DNA of 64,000 nucleotides from Noviherbaspirillum sp. (GCF_036563305.1 NZ_DATCMQ010000006.1:268233-332232), one strand, 5' to 3'; positions 48,795 to 58,193 are shown, counted from the stretch's first letter. Notes: generated by a model from the sequence alone, not told the origin. Numbers and translations: made by a program.

Positions 48795-49121
48795 ATGCTA
48801 GCCGTCATGTCTACAGGTAAAGAAAAAGAAGAGGTGGACGCTGAATCCGCTCTTCGTGCACTGTTTGCACGTAATCTTCGTACACTCAGAATTCAAAGAA
48901 ACATCTCCCAGTACGACCTTGCTGAGCGCTCCGGCCTTCATCGCAATTTCGTGAGCGAGGTCGAGCGTGAACTTAGAAACGTGACCCTTTCCAACATTGG
49001 AAGGTTAGCTCGGGGACTAGGGATTGACCCGATGGAACTCTTTCGTCCAGTGGACGAGAATGCGGACGACGGTCCTAGGCAACTGTCGACAGGTCACAGA
49101 CGCAAGCGAGGCGAAATCTAA
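48795..49121 (+). CDS. XRE-family HTH transcriptional regulator
   Basis: LFARNLRTLRIQRNISQYDLAERSGLHRNFVSEVERELRNVTLSNIGRLARGLGIDPMELF is a classic Cro/C1-type HTH. Confidence 0.85.
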   Translation: MLAVMSTGKEKEEVDAESALRALFARNLRTLRIQRNISQYDLAERSGLHRNFVSEVERELRNVTLSNIGRLARGLGIDPMELFRPVDENADDGPRQLSTGHRRKRGEI

Positions 49122-49309
49122 TTGAGGTCGGGCGTTGAATTGTGGTTGCACGCGGTGAAACTGCTACGTCTGGGCCGGACGGCAAGCGAACTCTACATGC
49201 GGGAAGGCGGCGAACTGCCACATCGCATGCTCCGCAAGTGTTCTATCGAAGTCCCTCGACAAACGTCCGAGCTCGCTCCACGTACTGCGGCGCCACCCAG
49301 CGTGGTGGG

Positions 49310-49942
49310 CTACGTTGCAAAGAGATGCGTCCCCCGAAGTCGCCAAATATCCTCGGGCGAAATCACCTTCAATGGATTGCCTGCCCGGTCCCTGCTGAGG
49401 GTGCTAATGCAGTGGGCCCTAGTAAGGAGACGGCTGCCGGTACCACCTCTTACAAGCACTAACCGGTTGCATTGCTCCTTATAGACCTGCTCATACTTGA
49501 CGTGGAAGTTAGCGCCACACATCCGGATATGTTCCTCGTGGGCCGCCCCGGCAATGCCAGCCCACTCGACCACGAAATATCCAACGATGTACAACGCTGC
49601 GGAAGATTAATGGTCCCATCCCTCGAGTCCCGCATAGAACACCAGCATGTCGCCAGCCCTTAACGCTCGAAGGCTCGCTTTCGGTGGAGTGGGGTCGCCG
49701 TACGTAAAAGTCTCGAATTCCGGGTCCAAATGCATCGACTTGGTGGACATCGCCCCTCGTCGAGAGGGAGAAAAATACTCAGAAAGCGGAGTGCCTTTGA
49801 CACCCAGTGTGGTGCCGCAGGTAGGTCCATGGCCTTTGTTGTCCGGAATAGGAATGAGCTCGAACGAACCGTCCGCAAACAATGGTCCTTGCATACCGCC
49901 CGAACCAGAGTCTATGCCCACTCTTAGCAACACCACATTCAT
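49310..49942 (-). pseudogene. Conserved-looking gene (possibly Nmad3-like) interrupted by one in-frame TAA
   Basis: ORFs 49607-49942 and 49310-49594 are in the same frame. They are separated only by TAA (49607-49609) and four sense codons (...LEGWDH*SSAALYIVGYF...). The N-terminal LLRVGIDSGSGGMQGPLFADGSFELIPIPD pattern recalls Nmad3-type proteins, which I have not verified. Confidence 0.5.
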
Positions 49943-50859
49943 TCATCGATTCCAAGGATAACGCTGCGCAACCTAGACAGAGTCCATTTTTCATAATCCC
50001 TGATAGGGTAGGGATTGCGTCGCCGGACTATTGGTCGGGTCCACACGAAGGTATATTCTGGGTCGCCGACGAGTAACGGTGGCCCGGTGTGACTGGTTCC
50101 ATCGTAAAAGATGTCGTTATGCCAGCCAAATGGGTTGTCGGCATGACTGTGCGCATGCCCGTCCATGGGAGGATGGTAGTTGTCCGGCTTGAATCGGCTT
50201 TCGTTCGACAATGGTCGCTTCGGCGCAAATATGTCGCCCAGCTGGGACGTGCGGGAATCCTTTGCTGTCAGCACTTCGAGCCGTCCTTGCGCCTCCAGCG
50301 CCTGAAACAAGTCCGCTTGCGACTCATACGCCTGAGCTATGCGCATAAGGTAATAGAAGGGTTGTTCTCCTCGACGCCAGCGGCTCAGACCCGTTAACCC
50401 GAGCACCCAGACCCCGGATGCCCAAGACTCGGTTGAGTACCGGGAGCGCATCTGATGCTTACAAGTGCAGAGCGTCCCCAGCCCGCCTTCGAAGTTCGGC
50501 TCACTTCCCGTCTGCTCATATACGCCGGCGCGCCGTATTTTGACCGTATCGACCACGTAAAGCCGTACACTTTCCGACCCTGGAAATTTGTTTAGCGCTT
50601 CGAGCAATTCTTCGGTACATACATCCAACCTTAACTTCCCAGAATGGCCGCTCACCCCAAGCTGTGAGAAGCCCTCGGTCCTCGTGGAATTACGGGTGAG
50701 GCCGGTAGCTGAAACCGCAGGACGGACCACGCTGCATGTTTGCTTTGGTGGCTGAACCGAAGGCTGGGAGGGAGGCGACGGAACTCGACAGGAACACATT
50801 GCAACCCTCGGGAGTAGACAAGATAACAAATCATATCTCCGAATGTTCTGTTTTTCCAT
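49939..50859 (-). CDS. Hypothetical protein, possibly Nmad2-like (nucleotide-modification-associated)
   Basis: TGSEPNFEGGLGTLCTCKHQMRS...GVWVLGLTG resembles the G.APNPF.G.CTLA.CKP.IR...GDW..G pattern I associate with Nmad2. There is a 4-nt overlap with the downstream gene. The N-terminal Pro/Ser-rich 90 aa may not be translated (an in-frame GTG lies near 50650). Confidence 0.45.
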   Translation of the reverse strand: MEKQNIRRYDLLSCLLPRVAMCSCRVPSPPSQPSVQPPKQTCSVVRPAVSATGLTRNSTRTEGFSQLGVSGHSGKLRLDVCTEELLEALNKFPGSESVRLYVVDTVKIRRAGVYEQTGSEPNFEGGLGTLCTCKHQMRSRYSTESWASGVWVLGLTGLSRWRRGEQPFYYLMRIAQAYESQADLFQALEAQGRLEVLTAKDSRTSQLGDIFAPKRPLSNESRFKPDNYHPPMDGHAHSHADNPFGWHNDIFYDGTSHTGPPLLVGDPEYTFVWTRPIVRRRNPYPIRDYEKWTLSRLRSVILGIDE

Positions 50860-51316
50860 CTATGTAACTGTCACTGGCTGCAGCGTCGAACTAAGCTGTC
50901 GGCGTACTTAGGCTGTGGGCATACGAGTTTTCGATGCCGCACTTGTCGACTTGTAAATGGGTTCAAAGGAGTAAGCCGAAAAGAAGGACGGCGCCTTACA
51001 AGTTGCAGGCCGACGGGCGTTTTTCTTGTCGGACGGCTCCCTCCGGTAGGAACGCTGAAGACAAGATAATATATAGTCGAGATTGAATATTGGAAAGATT
51101 GCAGTCGTTCGACCGCGATACGTATTTCTTAACCTTCGTGACTGCAGAGTGGATGGATTTGATTATCGTCTCCTTCGAACTGCCACCCGGCACGGACGAG
51201 GCTCTCTTGTTCAAGCGACAGCAAGCGCCTGAACTGCCAAAGTTGAATTTCGCGTGATTCTCAGGCGTAGGGCGATTTCGGCAGGAACCATACATAAAAC
51301 GGCAAGGGAGGGCTGA

Positions 51317-54300
51317 GTGTCCGTCATTAAACAAGAATATCAAGACCTCCCGCCGCGGGGAGAGAAGCTATCCGACGTGGTCGTTCTTGCACAGGCGTGG
51401 AAGAAGTCTCATACCTATATCCGTCGGCACAACTGGTATGCCGACGTTCTGGAGCTGGACGTCTCGACCATCGACTTGGAAGACCAATTGGTGCGGTGGG
51501 CGACGGAGGTCTGCCAAGGCGACTTTCGACCGAAGGACCTCCTGCTCGTCCCGGCGCCTAAGAATGCTCGGTGGTCGTTTCGACCGGCGGACGGTAATGC
51601 ATCGCTCGACCGGTCGCTGGACCTCGACTTCAACGACTTGGCGTCAGAACCAAGCTTCGAGGAGTGGAGTCCCGCCGAACCGGTGCAGACTGATGGGCCA
51701 AGCACGGCATCTGGGCCGAAGCAGCCGCCCCAAAAGCTGCGGCCATTGGCCCACCTGTCCATTCGCGACCAGACGTTGGCCACGGCGGTGATGATGTGCT
51801 TAGCGGAGGCGGTGGAGTCCGCACAGGGTGATACGACGGGGGCCGATTTGCTCGCGATGCGCGCAAGTGGCGTGGTGAGCTACGGAAACCGCCTGCATTG
51901 CACTTGGGTTGTAAATGCAGGCACGAGGCCTCGCGCCCAGTTCTCTTGGGGAAACAGCCGCACCTATCGCCAATACTTTCACGACTACCGAACCTTCCTC
52001 GCGCGCCCTCGTCGTGTCTGCGCTGAACTGGTATCCCAAATGCCGCCAAGGCGTGAACTGTACGTAGTGTCACTTGACATCAAGTCGTTCTTTGACCATG
52101 TCGACCGCTGCGCTTTGCTCAAAGAGTTGCAGTGCCTGGAGGTCGAGCATCGGACAGCACATGGATTGCCGGACGTCTTGGCAGCAGACGGGGTGTTCTG
52201 GGAGCGTGCGGCGCGGGTCTTCTCCTGGCAATGGCGCACTGAAGACCACCAACAAGCTGTGCTAATTCTTGGCGACGACCATCAGCAGCTCGAGCTCGGG
52301 TTGCCTCAAGGGCTGGTCGCATCGGGATTTCTTGCGAACGCTTATCTGGTTCGTTTCGACCGTGACATGCACACGTATGCAGCTGAAGGCACCACTATTG
52401 GCGACGACATCAGGTTGCTGGACTACTGCCGGTACGTCGACGACATGCGTCTCGTTGTCGAGGCCAAGAGCGGGGCTAGTGGGCTGTGCCAAGCTATCGT
52501 GTTGGAGCACGTCAAGTGCTATGTGGCCTCGGTTCTGCAAGCCCATTGCGACCGCATCGGCGCGAAGAAGGCGCTCCAGCTGTCTCCGGACAAGTGTGTG
52601 GCCACCTCATACCGAGCGATTTCCGCGCAGAGCCATGTTTCGGCCCTAATGGAGATGCTCAATGCGGAGTTGAGCGGCACCTTCGACTTGGAGTCGCTGG
52701 CCCAGGCTGCAGGCGGTCTCGATGGGCTGCTGTGGATGTCAGAGCAGATTGAGACCGTCCCCGACCTCAAGCCCTCGAGATTGGCATTGGCCACCGTCGC
52801 GGTGCCTAACACAGACGTGCGCGATGACACCGTGAAGCGGTTCGTTGCGACCCGCATTGCTCAACTGATGCGGCACCGGCTGGCAATGACAGACCTAGAG
52901 GGCCCGGCAAGCTCGGTGGAGACGTTGAGCGACCAGGTAACACAGGGCGTGGTGCTGTCGCACGAGTTTGAGACTACGGCTCGCAAGCTTATCAAGTGCT
53001 GGGCTGAGAACCCAGCCTTGGCCTTGCTGCTGCGATGCGGATTGGACCTATTCCCTCACCCCCGCCTGCTGGGTCCAGTGACCGAGGCGCTGAGCATCAA
53101 GCTGTTCGATGTTCCGGCGGACTTGGATTCTGCCAAGCGCAAGCAGGTGCGCGTGGCCGAGTATGTTCTGGCCGACCTCTTACGGGCCGGTGCCGTGGAG
53201 ACTGGCTTCCGTGAGCCGGAAGAGTACCCAGAGGGAGTGGATATCCAGGGTTACCGTGAGGACCTCGGTGCAATTGCGCGCCGCGTTCTTACGGAACGGC
53301 CCTCGTCGCCCTGGTACTTGCGTCAGCAAGCCCGCCTCTATCTAGCGTCCATTGGTGATGCTTCGCTCGCTGCGGTAGCTGAAGTTCTCCCCGAGGTGCA
53401 GATGTACGCGGCTTTGCAACGTGCGGCATTGTTTGAGCCCGCCCGTGGCGACACATTGAGGAGCGTCATCCCGCTGGCCATGGTGGCGCAGCAGCTTCAG
53501 CCAAATGTAAAACGCTTCGGCGTGTGGTTGTCGGAAGGACTACGCCGTACTGACGACGAACAGGTGCGAGAGGGAGTCGTGCGTACCGTGGCACTGAGCC
53601 GACCGGACCTGTTGATGGCGGCGCTGAATGGCCGACGAGCGTCGAACTGGCGTCAATTTGTCCCTACGGCGCTAATTCAGGTCAATAAGCGGATAGGCGG
53701 CTCGCGGAGGTCCCCGGGCAAACAGAAGGGCGCTCAACCCCTCCTGCATGTCATCAGTGAATCGAATAATCTGTTCGACCAAGAGAACGCTGTGCTCATG
53801 CTCGCTGCAGCATTGCTTCGACACCCCGGTGCCGAGGAGGTGTTGTCCGCAGGTATCAGCGCAGCTGACATTGTGCTGCGATGTGATGACTGGTCGAGAC
53901 TCGCCGAATTGCCGGAGCAGCATGATTTCCTGCGAGTAGAAGCGATTGAGCCGGGCGATAGGCTCAACCCTCTGTACGCTAGTCCGCCGTGGGTGGCGCC
54001 GGAAAAGGCCTGGCTCTATGGATTGGGCCGCATCCTGCGCTCGGCCCTGACCGGAGAGTTTGACTTCACGAGCCGTCGCTTCCTTGTTACCGAAGAAGTG
54101 GGTCGCTACAGCGGGCTGCGCAGTACCTGGTTCAAGCGGCGCTTTGGCCTATTGAACTCCGGGCGCGGCCTGCTGGATGAGCCTGGACCGGTGTCGCCGT
54201 GGCTCTCAGGCTTGCTATCAACCCTCCTGCAATGGCCAGGGGTTGAGTTCCGTGCGTATACTGCAGCGGCTGCTGGCGATGTCCGAACCGCTGCTGAACT

Positions 54301-55291
54301 GCTCGCGCTTGTCCAAGAACGAATCGCAGTGCAGCGCGGACTGTTCGGCCGGCGAAGCAGGACGCCGATGTACGTGGTTCCTGTCGATGACCACGAGGCC
54401 TTGAACGACCGGCCACTGCGGGTGGCCATCGTCCAGCCTATGCGTCCGCGGCGGGATGAGTTTGATAACAAGGACCCGACGCACTGGACGGCGGGGGCGT
54501 TGGCAGAGCATCGCCGCCATCTGGCCGAGGTTTGCAGGCTAACCCATCAGAAGCTCAAGACCTGGGCGTCGGCAGGTTCCGGGAAGGCATCCGACAAATC
54601 CGACGGCCCGGTGGTCGATGTCATCCTGTTCCCTGAGCTGGCTGTGCATCCGGAACACGTCTTCTTGCTAAGACGGCTATCCGACAAGGTGCGAGCCAAC
54701 ATCTTCTCGGGCTTGACGTTCCTGCACTCTCACAAGGCGGGCGGCACCGTCAATCAAGGGTTGTGGCTGATTCGTACCGAGTCCCCAGGGCATGGGCGAG
54801 CGTTCCAGTATGTTTGGCAGGGCAAGCATCACCCGATGAAGGACGAGGTGAAGATGGGTGTGAAAGGCCATCGTCCGCACGTGACCTTGGTTGAATTGCC
54901 AATTGGCGCGAAGTCGCGGACCCGCATCGCGGCTGCTATCTGCTACGACGCCACGGACCTGGACCTGGTGGCCGACCTCCGGGATAGGTCGGACATGTTC
55001 TTGGTTGCCGCACTAAACCAAGACGTTCAAACCTTCGACAACATGATTGCCGCACTGCACTTTCATATGTACCAGCCGGTAGCTCTTGCCAACTCGGGCG
55101 AGTTTGGCGGTTCTACGGCACAAGTGCCTTTGCCCAAGCACGAGCGCCTCGTCGCGCATGTCCATGGTAACCAGCAAGTGGCTGTGAGCGTGTTCGAGGT
55201 CGACCCGTCGCTGTTTAAGTCCACATCGGCGCCCAAGGCTCCAAAAGTACTGAAGTCACCGCCGGCCGGGTACCGGGGGCGACCTGGGTGA
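51317..55291 (+). CDS. Reverse transcriptase fused to a C-terminal nitrilase (C-N hydrolase) domain; class 1 UG/Abi RT, DRT1-like
   Basis: 1324 aa with a GTG start. RT motifs: LRPLAHLSIRDQ, VVSLDIKSFFDHVD (A), GLPQGLVASGFLAN (B), YCRYVDDMRLVV (C, YVDD). C-terminal nitrilase-type elements: VAIVQP, ILFPELAV (Glu), AAICYDATD (Cys). Confidence 0.85.
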   Translation: MSVIKQEYQDLPPRGEKLSDVVVLAQAWKKSHTYIRRHNWYADVLELDVSTIDLEDQLVRWATEVCQGDFRPKDLLLVPAPKNARWSFRPADGNASLDRSLDLDFNDLASEPSFEEWSPAEPVQTDGPSTASGPKQPPQKLRPLAHLSIRDQTLATAVMMCLAEAVESAQGDTTGADLLAMRASGVVSYGNRLHCTWVVNAGTRPRAQFSWGNSRTYRQYFHDYRTFLARPRRVCAELVSQMPPRRELYVVSLDIKSFFDHVDRCALLKELQCLEVEHRTAHGLPDVLAADGVFWERAARVFSWQWRTEDHQQAVLILGDDHQQLELGLPQGLVASGFLANAYLVRFDRDMHTYAAEGTTIGDDIRLLDYCRYVDDMRLVVEAKSGASGLCQAIVLEHVKCYVASVLQAHCDRIGAKKALQLSPDKCVATSYRAISAQSHVSALMEMLNAELSGTFDLESLAQAAGGLDGLLWMSEQIETVPDLKPSRLALATVAVPNTDVRDDTVKRFVATRIAQLMRHRLAMTDLEGPASSVETLSDQVTQGVVLSHEFETTARKLIKCWAENPALALLLRCGLDLFPHPRLLGPVTEALSIKLFDVPADLDSAKRKQVRVAEYVLADLLRAGAVETGFREPEEYPEGVDIQGYREDLGAIARRVLTERPSSPWYLRQQARLYLASIGDASLAAVAEVLPEVQMYAALQRAALFEPARGDTLRSVIPLAMVAQQLQPNVKRFGVWLSEGLRRTDDEQVREGVVRTVALSRPDLLMAALNGRRASNWRQFVPTALIQVNKRIGGSRRSPGKQKGAQPLLHVISESNNLFDQENAVLMLAAALLRHPGAEEVLSAGISAADIVLRCDDWSRLAELPEQHDFLRVEAIEPGDRLNPLYASPPWVAPEKAWLYGLGRILRSALTGEFDFTSRRFLVTEEVGRYSGLRSTWFKRRFGLLNSGRGLLDEPGPVSPWLSGLLSTLLQWPGVEFRAYTAAAAGDVRTAAELLALVQERIAVQRGLFGRRSRTPMYVVPVDDHEALNDRPLRVAIVQPMRPRRDEFDNKDPTHWTAGALAEHRRHLAEVCRLTHQKLKTWASAGSGKASDKSDGPVVDVILFPELAVHPEHVFLLRRLSDKVRANIFSGLTFLHSHKAGGTVNQGLWLIRTESPGHGRAFQYVWQGKHHPMKDEVKMGVKGHRPHVTLVELPIGAKSRTRIAAAICYDATDLDLVADLRDRSDMFLVAALNQDVQTFDNMIAALHFHMYQPVALANSGEFGGSTAQVPLPKHERLVAHVHGNQQVAVSVFEVDPSLFKSTSAPKAPKVLKSPPAGYRGRPG

Positions 55292-55667
55292 TATCCGGGC
55301 AGCGCTCGGCTTCAACTCGTGATTTCCGTTGATTGGCGACTACAAAGAATAGCTCCAGGTCATATCGAGTACCTATGCTATCAACGGCGGTTCGTTTTCC
55401 GATGAACTGCGATTTGTGCAGCGAGGCGGCGACTACCAGTGGGGTGAGGAGCCGCGCCAACGAGCGATGCGGAGTGCAGATTCCCTTGGCGGAACGTCAG
55501 CGAGGTGAGCATCGAAATCGCGCCTGCCGACTGGGCGGTGGCTTGGTCGGCCCAAGGTTATTCGGAGGTGATGTGCCCGTTGACTGCTGCCCTGGTTGTG
55601 CTAGATTGGTGCTACACCGTTGTAGGAAAACGTAGGGTTATCAACGACTTACGTAGGGGGTAAAGAC

Positions 55668-55684
55668 TCCCTCCGTCTCCGCCA
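55668..55684 (+). repeat. attR core (duplicate of the tRNA-Ser 3' end)
   Basis: tccctccgtctccgcca is identical to 15285-15301. Confidence 0.85.
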
Positions 55685-55693
55685 AACCAGACA

Positions 55694-55733
55694 GACGCCT
55701 GGTCCTTGCTGAAGGATCAGGCGTTTTGTTTTT
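55694..55733 (+). terminator. Rho-independent terminator directly after attR, probably the original tRNA-Ser terminator displaced by the island
   Basis: gacgcctggtcc-ttgctgaa-ggatcaggcgt stem (one mismatch) followed by ttttgttttt. Confidence 0.6.
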
Positions 55734-56454
55734 CGGCCCTCGAATCGCACGCCTCGCACTCTGAATCTCCCGCGGCGGGTCCTGGCCCAACCCGGGGGCA
55801 AGGCAACGCGGCGCCAACGGCCCGCGCGCCGGGCCTGGTGGACGGACTTCCCTTCCATGACATCTGCCCCCCGCCGCCGCCAACGCTCTGCCGCTTCATT
55901 CGTCCATCCACCTGTCCGTTCGTCATCCGGCCGTCCGTCTTTCGGTTGCCTTGCTCCGAGCGCGTCCGCAACTTCCAAACATTTTTTTCGCGACACCCTA
56001 AATTCCGCCCTTGCCGTGCCGTTACCGGGGAAGGGCAGGCGGGATAAGCAAAAATTTTTCAGCCAGCCCTAAAGTTGGCGATTCTGCTGCCGATAAGCAA
56101 CAGTAGCACCTCCGGAAGTGACGAAACCCGCGGCATGAAACGTCGCGGTTGCTTGCAAAGCTGCTAATGAAACGCAAGCGATTTTAAAAAAATAGTTACC
56201 GGCAGGAGGGCAGCGACGCAGTGCGGAAAACGCCCGCGAGCCAAGCCCGAAGCCAATCCCGGCGCCATCCCACACGGCGCGCAACATGCTCTGTCCGGCT
56301 TTTGTAAGACAAAAGCTGACAGGGCTTGTCGTCTTTCGTCCGACGAGAAATACGGACAATCACTAATTCCCCCGAAACAAGTTACTCTGGAGAATCACTC
56401 TCACAGCGATGCCCCACGGAAACATCAACCGGCATCCGATCAACGGAGGGTGAA

Positions 56455-56772
56455 ATGAATACGAACGACATGCTGGCGGAAATTCGGGATGCCAACCTGA
56501 GCTACTTGATGCTTGCGCAGCAGATGATCCGTTCCGACAAGGCAAGCGCCATCTTCCGCCTTGGCATCAGCGCGGCGATCGCCGACCTGATTGAAGGCCT
56601 GAATACCTCCCAGTTGCTGAAGCTTGCCGGTACCAACATGATGCTGGCGCGTTTTCGTTTCGACGACGGCGCGATCCTGGGCATGCTGACCAACTACAAC
56701 AAGGATCGCGAGCTAGCGCATTCGCACGCGGCGATCCTGATGGCGGGGCAGCCGGTCGAGCAGGTGGCCTGA
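56455..56772 (+). CDS. flhD: Flagellar master regulator FlhD
   Basis: Starts [39 protein letters not shown], as FlhD does. ATG at 56455 has GGAGGG upstream. The ORF upstream of this ATG is not FlhD-like. Confidence 0.9.
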   Translation: MNTNDMLAEIRDANLSYLMLAQQMIRSDKASAIFRLGISAAIADLIEGLNTSQLLKLAGTNMMLARFRFDDGAILGMLTNYNKDRELAHSHAAILMAGQPVEQVA

Positions 56773-56807
56773 GCCGCCGCGGGATTTGTGAAACACACGG
56801 AATCGAC

Positions 56808-57362
56808 ATGACAAAGAAGAGCGTAGTCACCGAAGCACAGGAAATTCAGCTCGCCATCGAGCTCATCAACCTCGGCGCCCGCCTTCAACTGCTCGAATCC
56901 GAAACCTCGCTCTCGCGCGAACGCCTGCTCAAGCTCTACAAGGAGCTGAAGGGCGTGTCGCCGCCGAAAGGCATGCTGCCGTTCTCGACCGACTGGTTCA
57001 TCACCTGGCAGCCGAACATCCATTCTTCCCTCTTCATCAACATCCACAAGTACCTGGTCGAGCATGCGCAGATCAGCGGCATCGAGGCAGTGATGAAGGC
57101 TTACAAGCTCTACCTGGAGCAGGTGGAACCCGACCCCAGCGGCGAGCCGGTGCTGTCGCTCACCCGCGCCTGGACACTGGTGCGCTTCTTCGAGAGCAAG
57201 ATGCTGGAGACGGCGTGCTGCAACAAGTGCGGCGGCGAGTTTGTCGTGCATCGTCTCGACCTCAACCATGGCTATACCTGCGGGCTCTGCCACATGCCCT
57301 CCCGGGCCGGCAAGACCAAGAAGTCGCGGGAAGATGCGGCGTCCGCATCGACCGGGGCCTGA
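56808..57362 (+). CDS. flhC: Flagellar master regulator FlhC
   Basis: 184 aa directly after flhD. Zinc-site cysteines CCNKCGGEF...CGLCH are present. Confidence 0.9.
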   Translation: MTKKSVVTEAQEIQLAIELINLGARLQLLESETSLSRERLLKLYKELKGVSPPKGMLPFSTDWFITWQPNIHSSLFINIHKYLVEHAQISGIEAVMKAYKLYLEQVEPDPSGEPVLSLTRAWTLVRFFESKMLETACCNKCGGEFVVHRLDLNHGYTCGLCHMPSRAGKTKKSREDAASASTGA

Positions 57363-57398
57363 ATCCGCTTTCGCTTCCTCTTCCCTCCGCCCGATTCC

Positions 57399-58193
57399 AT
57401 GAGCAGCAGGTCGCAGCCGCCACGCGCCGCGCCGCGGCCGTTGTTGCGAATGCCGGCGGTGCAGGCGCTGCTGGTTCAGTCGGTTGCGCTGGTGCTGGTG
57501 CTGGCGGCGGCGCAACTGGCGGCGCAACTCACCGCATATCCGTTCACGATCGCGCATGCGGTCATGCTGCAGGCACTGCTCGCCGCCGGATTGGCACGCG
57601 CAGCCGGCATGGCGCGCTGGTGGCCCTGGATACACCTGCTGTTCCCGCCAGCCGTGGCCGTCGCCCATGCGCTGCGTCTCCCGCCCTGGTTGTTCCTCGC
57701 CGCCTTCGTCGCGCTGGTGCTGCTTTACTGGTCGAGCTTCCGTACCCAGGTGCCGTACTATCCGTCGCGCCGCGCGACCTGGGATGCGGTGGCGGGATTG
57801 CTGCCGCAAGACCGGCCGGTCTCCTTCATCGATATCGGCAGCGGCTTCGGCGGACTGAGCCTGCACCTGGCACGCCAGCGGCGCGACGGCCGGTTCGCCG
57901 GAATTGAACTGGCGCCGCTGCCCTGGCTGGTCAGCCGGTTGCGGGCAGCGGCATCGGGCAGCGGGGCCGATTTCCGGCTTGGCGACTATGAGGCACTGCA
58001 CCTGGGCGACTATGACGTGGTGTTCGCCTACCTGTCGCCCGCGGCCATGCCGCGACTATGGGAGAAGGCGCGCGGCGAGATGCGCGCCGGCGCGCTCCTG
58101 CTGAGCTGTGAATTCCCGATACCGGGAAAGGCGGCCGACCTGGTGCTCCGGCCGTTGCCGGACGGGCCGTTGCTGCATGGCTGGCGCCTCTGA
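57399..58193 (+). CDS. Membrane-associated class I SAM-dependent methyltransferase
   Basis: N-terminal hydrophobic helices are followed by the SAM-binding motif FIDIGSGFGGLSLHLA. Confidence 0.65.
   Translation: MSSRSQPPRAAPRPLLRMPAVQALLVQSVALVLVLAAAQLAAQLTAYPFTIAHAVMLQALLAAGLARAAGMARWWPWIHLLFPPAVAVAHALRLPPWLFLAAFVALVLLYWSSFRTQVPYYPSRRATWDAVAGLLPQDRPVSFIDIGSGFGGLSLHLARQRRDGRFAGIELAPLPWLVSRLRAAASGSGADFRLGDYEALHLGDYDVVFAYLSPAAMPRLWEKARGEMRAGALLLSCEFPIPGKAADLVLRPLPDGPLLHGWRL

Larger units (their letters stand above)
15285..55684. mobile_element. Integrative genomic (defence) island of about 40.4 kb inserted at the 3' end of tRNA-Ser
   Basis: A 17-bp direct repeat tccctccgtctccgcca occurs at both ends. 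Two tyrosine recombinase genes lie next to the tRNA. Base composition is visibly lower in GC than both flanks. The cargo is defence-type and accessory genes plus gene remnants. Confidence 0.85.

Noticed and set aside
55291-56454. Several 60-115-aa ORFs on both strands around attR and upstream of flhD (for example 55333-55635, 55649-55996, 55706-56047, 56069-56359).
   Set aside because: They overlap one another and give low-complexity Arg/Pro/Gly-rich translations with no motifs. The region is better explained as the island end, the att site, a terminator and the long flhDC regulatory leader.
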